DNA from: a bacterium
GTDB taxonomy: Bacteria > Zhuqueibacterota > Zhuqueibacteria > Residuimicrobiales > Krinioviventaceae
Assembly: GCA_963674595.2 (NCBI GenBank)
Contig: CAXXFV010000021.1
Span: 1-55,588 of the forward strand
Length of the DNA stretch: 55,588 nucleotides
Direction: 5' to 3'
Below are positions 8,888 to 19,194 of the stretch, piece by piece; within the stretch, counting starts at the first letter, position 1; each line of letters begins with the position of its first letter. The notes beneath the pieces were generated by a model, which worked only from the letters and a program-made list of their open reading frames with translations, was not told the origin of the DNA and searched no databases. Position numbers and translations under genes: made by a program.

Positions 8888-10342
8888 TTAATTATTAATC
8901 GTTTGAAAAGTTTGTTTATTATTATATTGTCGCGTTGTATTAGCTTTCGAATTCATTTCACGAACAGAACCGATAAAATTTAAATCCGTCAACTTTTCCA
9001 ATTCCTCAGGTGTATTGACCGTATGATCAAAATACTCGATTACGAATGTGAGGAAAAAGCCGAGAAATAAACCTAAAAACATTCCGATAAGGATATTCAG
9101 TTGCTTTCTCGGCCTTATGGGTTTAGGAGTTACAACAGCGGGACCAATAACTTTAATTTTTATTCCATCTTGCAATTTTGCCAAAGAAATTCGGGCATCT
9201 TCACGTTGTTTAAGAAGCATTGAATAAATTTCACGATTATCATCAATACCACGGTTAAATTTAGAATACTGATATTCCGTTTGAGCAAAATCCTGAATTT
9301 CTGTATTTATCTTTGCAATCATATTTTCGTGTAATTGTTCTTCAGCTTTCAAAGAGCGTATGGCTGTTTTTTCAGCCGAAACAATCTGTTTAATCTCATT
9401 TTTAATTTTCTCTTTTGTGGTCGCAATTTGTCTGTCCAGACTTTTAATATCTTCGTATTCAGGTGTAAAGTGTTCAAGCAATTGTTCTCTTTGCATCTCA
9501 AAATCCAATAACTCGCCTCTTAACTTGGCAATATGTTTTTCACGACTTGGACTGTCACTTGCTTCTGTTACAGGAATGTCTACATCTTTTCCGGATGCCA
9601 ATTGTTCATCAATGACATTTACTTTAGCTTCTTTACCAATTCTTTTGGTTTGAATTGCTGTCAAGGTTCGTTCATAATCGGCCAGCCGTGAAACCAATAT
9701 CTGTCGTTGTGCTTCAGGAGAAATCACTTTTTGGTCTTTTTTAAATTCAGACTGTCTTTTTTCCAGGCTGCTAAGTTTCTCTTCTGCAATCTTGATCTGA
9801 TTTTCAAAAAACTGATACTCTCCTGTTTCAGTATAAAGTTCACGTCGGTATTGTTGATACGACTCAACAACCTTATCAACAATCTTTTTTGCCAAATCAG
9901 GATCAGCATCATCAAAGCTGACCTGAATAACATTGGTACGTTGTGCATGGTTAATGCCAAGTGTATTAATGAAATCATGAGGCTGAATATATTCAGAAGG
10001 ATTTTCTGAACTCTTTAAATCAAGGTCCTTAATAATTCTTGAAGCAATAGGGTTACTCTTCATAATTTCTGTTTCAGCTATAATCCAGTCGTAACTTTCA
10101 ACGCCGCCATTCAAATCCATTCGAAACAGCAAAGCTTTTTCTGAATCAACTTCACGTTCAACTATCAATTTTGCAGATGCTCTATAAACAGGTGTCATAA
10201 TAAAACTGGCAATTGTTACAACTCCTGTAACCAACAGGAATGAAGTAAAAATGAGTTTTTTTCTTTTAAACAACGTTCTTAAAATCTGTCTGGCTGAAGT
10301 TGTAGTGTTTTGTGTCAAGTATGTATTGTTATTATTATGCAC
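8888..10342 (-). CDS. GumC/Wzc N-terminal polysaccharide co-polymerase (chain-length determinant)
   Basis: Two TM helices flanking long periplasmic coiled coil; TPVYRASAKL, PxxPxxPxxPR, FDHTVNTPEEL motifs. Confidence 0.88.
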   Translation of the reverse strand: MHNNNNTYLTQNTTTSARQILRTLFKRKKLIFTSFLLVTGVVTIASFIMTPVYRASAKLIVEREVDSEKALLFRMDLNGGVESYDWIIAETEIMKSNPIASRIIKDLDLKSSENPSEYIQPHDFINTLGINHAQRTNVIQVSFDDADPDLAKKIVDKVVESYQQYRRELYTETGEYQFFENQIKIAEEKLSSLEKRQSEFKKDQKVISPEAQRQILVSRLADYERTLTAIQTKRIGKEAKVNVIDEQLASGKDVDIPVTEASDSPSREKHIAKLRGELLDFEMQREQLLEHFTPEYEDIKSLDRQIATTKEKIKNEIKQIVSAEKTAIRSLKAEEQLHENMIAKINTEIQDFAQTEYQYSKFNRGIDDNREIYSMLLKQREDARISLAKLQDGIKIKVIGPAVVTPKPIRPRKQLNILIGMFLGLFLGFFLTFVIEYFDHTVNTPEELEKLTDLNFIGSVREMNSKANTTRQYNNKQTFQTINN

Positions 10343-10360
10343 TGCTATAGCTCCTATAAA

Positions 10361-11134
10361 TTACTTGTTGTCCGTCAACCATAAATAAGTTGCATAGCTG
10401 TTAACGGGTGGCAAAAGTCCTGCATAAACTTGTGTTAAAAATTCATTCATATTGGCAATTAAAGTCTTTGGAACATAAACAACATCTTTTGGCTGTAAGT
10501 ATAAATTTGTGCGTGCTGATCTCGAACTACCTTTTAAAAGGTTAGATACATCAACTTTGGTGGCATACATCTTTTGATCAACACCTTCGCGAATAACAAT
10601 AACACTGCCAAGTTTTGCTTCTTTTGTAGATCCGCCGGCAAAAGCCAAAGCCTGTAAAATCGACGTATCTTTTTTTAATTCATAACCACCTGGGTTTCTT
10701 ACTTGACCAAGGACAAAAAACTCGTTACCACCAAATTTTCTGACAATCACTGTGATTTCCGGGTCACGGATAAACTTGGCATAATGAGAAGTAATTAAGC
10801 TATCCAGGCTGGATGGTGTCATACCGGTTACATAAATATCGCCTACTCGTTCCAGGGTGAGGCGTCCATCCGGTCGAATCGTCAAATTTTCATCAAACTT
10901 GGGTTGATTAAAAACCTTAATTTCTATTTCATCGCCATAACCAAGTTTATATTCCGGCGGTGCAACAGAAACAGCAGCACTTGAATTTGCAGACGGTTGA
11001 ACTATTGAACGGGAACGAATCATCTGTTCTCTTTGCTGAGAGGCGCAGCCTGAAAAAGCACCAACAACTGAAAAAGAAATCAGCGTTATTCGTATCCATT
11101 TTGTTGTTATATTTCGAACTCTTTTATTCATCAT
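10361..11134 (-). CDS. wza: polysaccharide export outer-membrane lipoprotein (Wza/OPX)
   Basis: Lipobox FSGC; YKLGYGDEIEIKVF, IRPDGRLTL, GQVRNPG, SLBB domain, LQPKDVVYVP. Confidence 0.9.
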   Translation of the reverse strand: MMNKRVRNITTKWIRITLISFSVVGAFSGCASQQREQMIRSRSIVQPSANSSAAVSVAPPEYKLGYGDEIEIKVFNQPKFDENLTIRPDGRLTLERVGDIYVTGMTPSSLDSLITSHYAKFIRDPEITVIVRKFGGNEFFVLGQVRNPGGYELKKDTSILQALAFAGGSTKEAKLGSVIVIREGVDQKMYATKVDVSNLLKGSSRSARTNLYLQPKDVVYVPKTLIANMNEFLTQVYAGLLPPVNSYATYLWLTDNK

Positions 11135-11141
11135 TAACTCT

Positions 11142-11660
11142 CTAAAAAATCAGTTTGCCCAAAGTTTGCATAATCCAGAATCGGCGCCAGCCATTACGTT
11201 CTTCTGTTTTACTATTATCTTCTTTGTTTAATGCGTCAATAAGTGGTAAAATAGCAACATCACCAATTTTAATTAAAGCAGCGCTTGCACTTTTATTAAC
11301 CAAACTTTCCGTATCGCAAACGTCAAATTCTCCCAGGGCATCAATTAAAGAAGAAACCGTAGTAGAGTCTCCTAATTGACCTAATGCTTTTGCTGCATTA
11401 CTGCGAACCAGGTATTTGTCGGACATTAGTGCATAAAGTAATGTTTCTTTAACCTTGGCATCTTCAATGCGGATAAATTCCCAACTTAAAACATCAAAAG
11501 AGTCTTGAGAAAGTTGCAGGTCTGGTGTAGTGTTTGTTGATAAATCACTGATATCGCTTTCGTAGAGAATCGGGTAAACCGGGACAAAGCGCTCATCATC
11601 TTTTAAAGCTTCCTTTGTCAGCAATCCCTGGACATCAATTCTTTGTACATAATTCATCAC
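11142..11660 (-). CDS. HEAT/PBS-lyase repeat protein
   Basis: VRSNAAKALGQLGD, SASAALIKIGD, PLIDAL repeats. Confidence 0.7.
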   Translation of the reverse strand: MMNYVQRIDVQGLLTKEALKDDERFVPVYPILYESDISDLSTNTTPDLQLSQDSFDVLSWEFIRIEDAKVKETLLYALMSDKYLVRSNAAKALGQLGDSTTVSSLIDALGEFDVCDTESLVNKSASAALIKIGDVAILPLIDALNKEDNSKTEERNGWRRFWIMQTLGKLIF

Positions 11661-11699
11661 GATTCCTCTTTTTTATTTGGTTAGTTCTAAAATTGGTGT

Positions 11700-11903
11700 T
11701 TATGCCATAGCGTAATAAACATTCCAAATGGCAATTATATCTTTTTCAGCTTCTTGTTTATGAAAAGAGTCGACATAGGTTAAAAGGTCGGCGGTTTTTC
11801 CACATCTGCGGCATTTCACATAAGGGTTGAACAAACCACTGCTGGAAATACTAATTTTTAGATCGGCAAATCCACCACATTTACACATGTCTATTGTTTT
11901 CAT
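11700..11903 (-). CDS. small Cys-rich zinc-ribbon protein, resembles Lar restriction-alleviation family
   Basis: CKCGG...YVKCRRCG...EAEKDIIAIWN; AAAGGA Shine-Dalgarno upstream. Confidence 0.5.
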   Translation of the reverse strand: MKTIDMCKCGGFADLKISISSSGLFNPYVKCRRCGKTADLLTYVDSFHKQEAEKDIIAIWNVYYAMA

Positions 11904-12060
11904 TTGTTGTTATCCTTTTGTTGCAAATAACTTTGTTGCGCTTTTGATAGACGCATTTAAAAAATTTTAAAAAATGTTTATTTGAGGAACTAAGAAATGT
12001 CTTTTAACCCATGCACGTCACAACCACAACCCCAAGACATCCTGCTAATTTAAGGTGTAC

Positions 12061-12464
12061 TCACATTTTAGCAGTTTTACTCTTTTTGTCTTTGTTATTC
12101 TTAAGAGATTTAATTCTTTCTATAACCAATTCCAATTCATCGTCGCGAACAGGTTTAACAGCAGAATAAAAAACTTTAAATTCTTTTAATTTTTACAAAT
12201 GTATCAACCGAGTTATCATCTGACAAAATAATGACAGGTAAGCGTGGACGAACGCGTTGTAAAATCGCTATAATATCCAAATCCAGTTTATTTGGTGCTT
12301 CCATATCCAGAATAATAAAATCAGCTTCGTTTGTCTAAAACCTGAATTATAGATTTAACTTTAGAATCTTCACACAAAACCATATACTCTTTATCATTCA
12401 ATATATTTGTCAATTGAGTTATGGTCTCTTTGTCATTTGATGTTATGATAACCTTTGATTTCAT
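12061..12464 (-). CDS. single-domain response regulator receiver (two +1 indels in this sequence)
   Basis: Not in ORF track; manual reconstruction MKSKVIITSND...EADFIILDME...RPRLPVIILS...FYSAVKPV...; GGAGA RBS; extra bases in A-runs near 12331 and 12191. Confidence 0.65.
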
Positions 12465-12534
12465 TTAATTCTCCGCAACAATTCCCCGCCATCACTAGTT
12501 TGTATCTTTTTATTTGCTTCTCACCCCTTCTTAA

Positions 12535-12552
12535 GCAAAGGGTGTGTGCCAA
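12535..12552 (-). promoter_or_regulatory. imperfect sigma54 -24/-12 promoter for receiver/EPS operon
   Basis: TTGGCACACACCCTTTGC; GG-N12-GC, 2 nt too long, in a CA repeat within the indel-rich zone. Confidence 0.4.
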
Positions 12553-12621
12553 TTAACAATTGGCCAACAAATAAAAATTTATAACCATAACATATTGTTT
12601 TTAATGTATCTTATAAAAATA

Positions 12622-12649
12622 AAAAAGTCGCAATATTTTGCGACTTTTT
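12622..12649. promoter_or_regulatory. palindrome: terminator of activator gene and/or enhancer site
   Basis: AAAAAGTCGCAA-TATT-TTGCGACTTTTT perfect inverted repeat. Confidence 0.55.
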
Positions 12650-12743
12650 CGAGACTTGTTAACCAAAAGATACAACCAAACTCTTAAATCCCCTTTATTG
12701 TTTGTTTTTTAATTACTTGGAACGGTGCGCCAGAAAAGTAACA

Positions 12744-14130
12744 CTAGCTGTTTAAAAAATGCTCAATTTCAAAGTCTTCCAGCAAACGGTACATAGTACG
12801 ACGGCTTACACCGGCCATTCTGGCGGCTTGAGAAATATTTCCATTAACTTTTTTCAGCAAATCCTGAAAATATTTCTTGCCAAAATCTTTAATGTACTGC
12901 TCTCTTGCTTCTTTAAAATTCAATTTTGTATACTCTTCCGGTTCAAAAGAACTAGAGTTATCCCGGATATGCATAGGCAGGTCATCAGTATCTATCACAC
13001 TGTTTTCAGTCAAAGAAATAACCTGTTCAATGACATTTTGCAATTCACGAACATTGCCGGGCCAGGTATAATTTTTTAAACTTTTTAATGCAGAAGGAGA
13101 AATGCCCGTTACTTCATTTACAGTCATTTTCTGAAATTTTTTTATAAAAAATTCTACTAATAATTTTATGTCATCTTTTCTTTCACGCAGAGGAGGAGAA
13201 TAGATGGGTACAACATTCAAACGATAATAAAGGTCCTGCCGAAACAAATTTTGACGCACAGCTTCTTCGGGATCACGGTTTGTTGCTGAAACAATTCGAA
13301 TATCCACCTTTAAAAAACTGACGCCCCCCAACTCTTCGGAACTGTCGCTCCTGTATAAAATCGTAACAATTTAGCCTGAAGTGAAATATCCAACTCGGTA
13401 ATTTCATCCAAAAACAATGTACCGCCATTGGCCAGCTCTATAACGCCCGGTTTGCTTTTTGTAGCGCCGGTAAAAGCGCCCTGCTCATAGCCAAAAATTT
13501 CACTTTCCATTAGAGTCGGTGGCAGTGAAACACAATCCAGGGGAATAAATGGTTTGTCTGCCCTTTTTGCTGTTATTGTGAATGCTTTTTGCAATCAGTT
13601 CTTTTCCTGTTCCGGATTCCCCAAAAATCAAAACACTGGCAATCAGAGGGGGCTACTTTCACAACACGTTTAGCGACGTCCTGAATAGCTTTACTTTTGC
13701 CTATAATATCAGGAAGAAAATATTTTACAGGTTCATCTTTATCCGTCTCATTATGCACCATTTGTATTTTTCGATATTCGGCCGCTTTTCTTAATACCAG
13801 TTCCATTTTTTCAGGAGAAAAAGGTTTCTGCAAGGTAATCATAAGCGCCCAGCTTCATGGCGTTGACGGCAAAATCAACCGTACCATAGCCGGTAAACAC
13901 AATGACGGGAATATTGGGATCAAATTCCAACGCACTCTTGAGCAGGTCTATACCGGTTTTATAGGGCATATTTTGGTCTGTGAGAATGATATCGGCTTTG
14001 TCTCAGTCAGCATTTTAATTCCTTCACGGCCGTCTCTGGCAATCACACACTCATAGCCAAACTCGGAAATTATTTTGGATTTATCCCGAAGTATTTCAAT
14101 TTCATCATCTACTAACAAAACCTTAAACAT
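12744..14130 (-). CDS. sigma54-dependent response regulator (NtrC/AtoC family; REC-AAA+-HTH), frameshifted in this sequence
   Basis: Fragments join to give [92 protein letters not shown]; at least 5 single-base indels. Confidence 0.85.
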
Positions 14131-14147
14131 TCTTCTCTCCTGTTCCC

Positions 14148-15296
14148 TCAACTCTTCGCAATCGGTAATTTGATCATGACGGTTGTTCCAATATTGATCT
14201 CACTTTCAATTTCCAAAGTACCACCATGCTCTTCAATTATTTTTTTACTAATCTTTAAAACCCAAACCCACTTCCGCCACTATCAAGATTTTTGAGTAAA
14301 AAAAGGTTGAAAAATTTTTGCCCTAGCACCTTCAGAAATTCCAACGCCATGATCTGTAATAATAACAAAATCTAAAAAATCATCAGATTCTTTAGATTCT
14401 ACAATTATCTCACCCATATTATTCATTGCTTCAAAAGCGTTCATCAAAATATTTTTTATAACAATCTCTAACCCAATGGCATCACCCATAATAAACGGCA
14501 ATTTGGGTTCCAACCTGGTTACCACTTCAACTTTATTGGCCCAATACTCATCTAAAAAATCTATTGTCAACATGATGATATCGTTAACATTCACTAAATA
14601 GCGCTTCTGAAACCAGGGCTTGGCATATTGTAAAAACACTCTGCGATAAATTTGTCAGGCGATTTATTTGATGGTCCCAACTTTTTCCAAATGAGTTGAA
14701 GCCTCATCAGAAATATCTGCAGATTGCAGACTTTTCTTTAAACAAAAAATAATTTAGTCTGTATAATATCAAGAGGATTATTAAGCTCATGGGCAAAAGC
14801 CGAAGAAAGCTGTCCCAAGCGCGCCAATTTTTCAGCTTCACCTAACTTTTTGGAAAGTTTTTTCTTTTTCATATTTCAGGTTAACATTAATAGAAATATC
14901 TCGAAATACATAGAGGATACCAATAGTCTCATCATTTTCAATTATCAATTTCGAACGTAACAGCACCGGAAAGAGCTCTCCGGATGTGCTTTTCATAAAA
15001 ATTTTTCCGTACCAATGATGGTTTTTCTTTTAAAACATTTACGATATTCAAAAAAAACTTGCTCATCCTGGAATAATATGGGAAAGGCCGCGCCCTATCA
15101 TATTGATTTTTATTATGATCATATCCAAATATACTTTTAAATGTTAAATTATGATAAATAAACTCATTGTCTTTATTGGCAATAAGTATGGCATCACCAA
15201 CAAATTCCATTGCTTTTTTTCAGTCGTAATGTATCCAGCTCACAATCATTGCAAGTTTTTTTCGAGGAATTTACTTTTATTTTCATCTAATGGCAT
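14148..15296 (-). CDS. PAS-domain sensor histidine kinase, frameshifted in this sequence
   Basis: H-box EKLARLGQLSSAFAHELNNPLDI (about 14765-14845), N-box NILMNAFEAM, DHGVGI, KIFQPFFT; PAS-like DAILIANKDNEFIYHN; start approximate. Confidence 0.78.
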
Positions 15297-15352
15297 TATC
15301 ACATTTCATTTTAAAATGGTTATCAAGTTAGTACTTTATACTGTTGTCAAAA

Positions 15353-15369
15353 TGCAACTCTTGTACCAA
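15353..15369 (-). promoter_or_regulatory. sigma54 -24/-12 promoter upstream of kinase/activator pair
   Basis: TTGGTACAAGAGTTGCA, GG-N10-GC spacing exact. Confidence 0.65.
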
Positions 15370-15461
15370 AAGCAGGATAAAACAGAAGGTAAGCAGTGAA
15401 CCCTAAAGTCAATATATTCAAAATCTTAAAAAGACAATCATTTTATATAAAAAATCAAAGC

Positions 15462-15477
15462 GTCACAATTTTGTGAC
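15462..15477. promoter_or_regulatory. palindrome, candidate enhancer-binding site
   Basis: GTCACAA-TT-TTGTGAC about 95-110 bp upstream of the sigma54 site at 15353-15369. Confidence 0.45.
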
Positions 15478-15543
15478 AATCAGGAAACGCTGATACTTTT
15501 ATGGAGGGCAAAAAAAAATATTAGCAATACAAAATCAAAATTC

Positions 15544-15573
15544 TTGACATTTAAACAAAATATTAGTTATATT
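15544..15573 (+). promoter_or_regulatory. sigma70-type promoter of tRNA-Asn
   Basis: TTGACA-N18-TATATT about 30 nt upstream of tRNA. Confidence 0.6.
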
Positions 15574-15604
15574 TATCCTCATTTTTGAAACGAAATGTTT
15601 GCGA

Positions 15605-15677
15605 TCCGGTGTAGCTCAACCGGCAGAGCGGGTGGCTGTTAACCACTAGGTTGTAGGTTCGAGTCCTACCACCGGAG
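15605..15677 (+). tRNA. tRNA-Asn (GTT)
   Basis: Acceptor TCCGGTG/CACCGGA, D-arm TAGCTCA, anticodon loop CTGTTAA, T-loop GTTCGAG; no full encoded CCA. Confidence 0.95.
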
Positions 15678-15680
15678 CAG

Positions 15681-15710
15681 AAAAGGTCCTTTATATAAAG
15701 GGCCTTTTTT
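15681..15710. terminator. bidirectional intrinsic terminator between tRNA-Asn and receptor gene
   Basis: AAAAGGTCCTTTATATAAAGGGCCTTTTTT hairpin with A/T flanks. Confidence 0.7.
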
Positions 15711-15712
15711 AT

Positions 15713-18042
15713 TTAAAACTGGAAATTCAATCCAAAGGAAGGTACAAAGGGAAGCATATATGTAACATTTTTTTTTGGCTAAAGAAACCCCGCTATTGCT
15801 ATTACTGGTAAAATCCCACTCATACAAATAAACATTTTTATTATTAAGAACATTCATAAAGTCAAGATAGGCCGACATGTCCCAACTATTGCCTTTATGC
15901 TTATAAGTAATTCTTAAATCCACACGTGAATAAATTGGATATCTGCGGGAATTTTTTGCGCCTTTTATTATTTGCCAGCCATCCAAAGCCCCATGTGTTG
16001 AAATATCTTTTTGCAAACCATCGACAGGTGTATAGGGAAAACCACTGCCATATCGGAATACCGACCCGATCGACCAGTTACCTGAAACGTCACACTCTAA
16101 TCCGGCGGCACTCTGATGTCGTTGATCAAAATCTAAATATGTTCCAATGCAGTTCATCTTGTCTTTTATACTGTGCAACGGAATAAGAATAATTTGCCCA
16201 AAAGTTGTAGGGCAGAAAAAGGTGACCGCTATTTTGCAGGGTAAATTCAATACCGTTTGCCAGGCCTTCCCCCATATTTTCCGCTAAATAACTATCCTCA
16301 TCAGCAACCAACAAATCGGATATTTTTCGATTATAAACTTCTACTTTTAAATAGCTATTTTCAGTCATATCCCAATCGAAACCAAGTATATTATGAACTG
16401 CCTTTTCAGCTTTTAAATTTTCACTACGCTGGGTAATATCCATGGGTTCGCCACGAGAAATAATCGTCATCAGGTCGGGAAATTGAGAATACAATCCGGA
16501 ACTGGCCCAAAGCCTTACACCGGGAACCGGGGAATATATAATCTTTGTTCTTGGGTTCCATTGTGCCTGATTATATAAAGTTGAATAATCATATCGAAGA
16601 CCCATCGAATATTCTACTTGTTTTAAAAATCTTAACCGGGTCTGCCAATAGGCGCTATTGTGCATATATTGAGCATTAAAATTGATTTGCGTAGGCAGTT
16701 CAATATAGTTACGCCAGGAAATGTCCCAGTTCACATCATTATTATTCGCTTGTACTTTAGCGCCTGTTTTGAAAAACAGCCATGAAAACGGATAAAAGTG
16801 AATGTCCGCTCCTGAACTCCACCTTTTAACACCATATTTCAACTTTGCAATGAAAAGAATAATTATAAGTGTCATAAATATTGGTATTATTATAATCTGA
16901 ATAATAACCGAAATGGCTTTTAAATGCCAGTTTTTTTGCTCAAAATAGCATCAAAATTAACACCGGCAATATCGCCATTCCCTCTGTTTATCAGGTCCAA
17001 ACTTTTCACTTTCAACATTATACATTTGGGCCCCTTCGCCCAAATGAGAATAGAATACCCGGACCTGTTTGTCCGGCGAAAACCGGTAAGAAAATTTGCC
17101 ATTCATATCAAAAAAAATAAGGGAACACATAATTCTGAGAGTAAAAATTATTTGCCAGCATATCATAAAAACTTCGGCGTCCTGCAATTAACCAGGAACC
17201 TCTGCCGTGTGCTATAGGGCCTTCCGCAACAGCGCGAACACTGACAAGTGACGTGCTGCTTTTAACAGCAACCCTGTCCCGTCTGCCATCACGTGTGGAA
17301 ATCTTCATTAATGCCGACATTTTGTTACCATACTCAACATCGAACCCGCCTGGCGCCAAATCAATGGCTTCAATAATATCCGGATTAACTAAACTAATGC
17401 CTCCTCCCATAACTACAAATAATCTGGAAGGATTAAAAATTTCAACACCATCATATATAACGAGATTCTGGTCCGGGCTGCCCCCGCGAATATAAAGTTG
17501 TGTATTCAAATCATTTCGCGTAACCACACTGGGCAAGGTGGCCATGGCGCGGTAAGCATCTTCCAACGACCCGGCCTTGGAAATAGTGGCCTGGGAGTTA
17601 CCAGTTCATGCCCTACAAAAGACATTTCATATTTTGTTAATTGGGTAGCCTTATCAAGCCGTCACTTTAACGCCGCCAAGTTCTATAATCTGTTGATTCA
17701 GTTTCAACCCGACAACCCGAATTTTTCTTTTCCAAAATCGAAACATTATTAACTTTTAACGGACGATATCCCCATCATTGTAACAACGAGTGCATAATTA
17801 CCGGCAGGTATTTTGTTAATCTGAAAATACCCTTCACTATTTGTCACTGTCCCCAAGGTTGTATTATTTAAAAATACGTTTGCATAATTAATCGGTTTTC
17901 CTGTTTTTGCATCACGAACATAACCGATAATTCTGCCCCAGTTATTATCAGCAGCGTTGACGTTATTATTATATATCGCAGAAAAAAACAGAAACAATGT
18001 AACCCCAATAGCAAAACATCTCATTACTATTGTCTTACTCAT
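15713..18042 (-). CDS. TonB-dependent receptor with N-terminal carboxypeptidase-regulatory-like domain, frameshifted in this sequence
   Basis: GRIIGYVRDAKTGKPINYANV...GTVTNSEGYF; plug LYIRGGSPDQNLVIYDGVEIFNP; MGLRYDY; RYGSGFPYTP; YSRVDLR; reconstructed end PSFGLNFQF*; split over at least 6 ORFs. Confidence 0.8.
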
Positions 18043-18919
18043 TTATACCTACCCAAACCGGTTCACAGATGATAGTGCCATTTACTGAACAAGCCAACCA
18101 CGTTCCATCCGGAGACCATGAAGGCGATATGCCCCCACTAATCAGTTTATACTCAACACGGTCAAGATATGAATAAGCGGTTATGGAATTATTTCTTTCA
18201 AAGGCCAGCATTCCACTTTGTCGGCTATTTTTATATACAGGATTTTTCACCCCTTATTGTTTTATTATCCAGCTTTTCAAAAGAAAATTCATTAATGCTG
18301 TAGCGATATAGATAAGAATTATCATTTTGAACACCCGTTACGATGAGAGAACTAGCTGATTCCCAACAGAGTGATGTAATCTCAAAACTGGAGGGAAAAA
18401 TCACCTCTTCCTGGTCCGAAAGTAGCTCCCCATAAACACAATTTACCATCCTTAATAAATGCAATCTGTTGACCGTTTGGTGACCAACGAGGAAAATATT
18501 CCTGACCATTATCTTTTGTAAGCTGTGTCGATTGATTTAAACTAAAATCATATAGCCAAATATCTGCAGAACCGGTCCTGCGGCTTGCGTATACTAATTG
18601 GTGTCCTTGTGGATGATAATCAGGATGGCATATTCCGGATGAATCGAACAAAATATCTGTAATTTGTTTCTGTGCGATTGTAATCTCACGTAAACGTTGT
18701 TCCCCAAATTATAGATTCATTATTGTTTGATTTTTTAACCCCAGAAACGTAAACCAGCTTTTCCCCCAGAGGATGCCAAACCTGCTGAAAATTTAAATAA
18801 TTATCATTTGTTAATACAAGTGATGATGGTACATTAACGCTCTGGTCTGTGATTGACTGTTCCGTACAGTTAAAACTGTAAATGCTAAATAGTAACAAAA
18901 TAAATATTATTTTTTTCAT
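18035..18919 (-). CDS. TolB-like/PD40 beta-propeller lipoprotein, frameshifted in this sequence
   Basis: Lipobox SFNC; repeats WHPLGEKLVY, PDYHPQGHQLVYAS, PRWSPNGQQIAF, PSWSPDGTWLA across four ORF fragments. Confidence 0.75.
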
Positions 18920-18959
18920 TCTCTTGGACTTTAATGTTCAGAATATTTTTTACAACATA

Positions 18960-18976
18960 CGCAAGATATATGCCAG
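18960..18976 (-). promoter_or_regulatory. sigma54 -24/-12 promoter of TolB-like/receptor operon
   Basis: CTGGCATATATCTTGCG, GG-N10-GC exact, about 40 nt upstream of ATG. Confidence 0.72.
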
Positions 18977-19194
18977 TCAAATTCCGTGAGCTGAATAAAG
19001 CCGGTAACGAGGAAAGAAATATGAATAAAATGGCGAGAATATAAATTGATAACACTAATAAAATCAATATATAAAAATAGACATTGCTGTTAAATTTTAA
19101 TACAGTACTATTATTAACATAAAAAAAGGAAAGCAAATTTCAAATAATAATATTTTTGTTTCACATAAAAACAATTCAACAGAGTGAAACAGTG

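Noticed and set aside
11990-12045. ATGTCTT...AAGACAT inverted repeat with G/T-rich loop as a riboswitch
   Set aside because: Only a 7-bp stem and no recognisable c-di-GMP or other riboswitch motif; an Rfam search would settle it
15666-15712. Apparent overlap of a receptor ORF fragment with tRNA-Asn
   Set aside because: Caused by an indel in a T run near 15767-15776; corrected frame ends ...GLNFQF at 15713
12744-18919. Programmed ribosomal frameshifting or phase variation explaining the split genes
   Set aside because: Too many indels per gene, in runs often only 2-5 nt long; assembly error is far simpler
18885-19136. 83-aa hydrophobic ORF upstream of the TolB-like gene
   Set aside because: AT-rich intergenic DNA overlapping the sigma54 promoter; TTG start with no RBS
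15605-19190. tRNA-Asn as integration site of a genomic island carrying the receptor pair
   Set aside because: No integrase and no convincing duplicated tRNA 3' end found; the short CCACCGGAG match near 24637 is inside a gene and expected by chance
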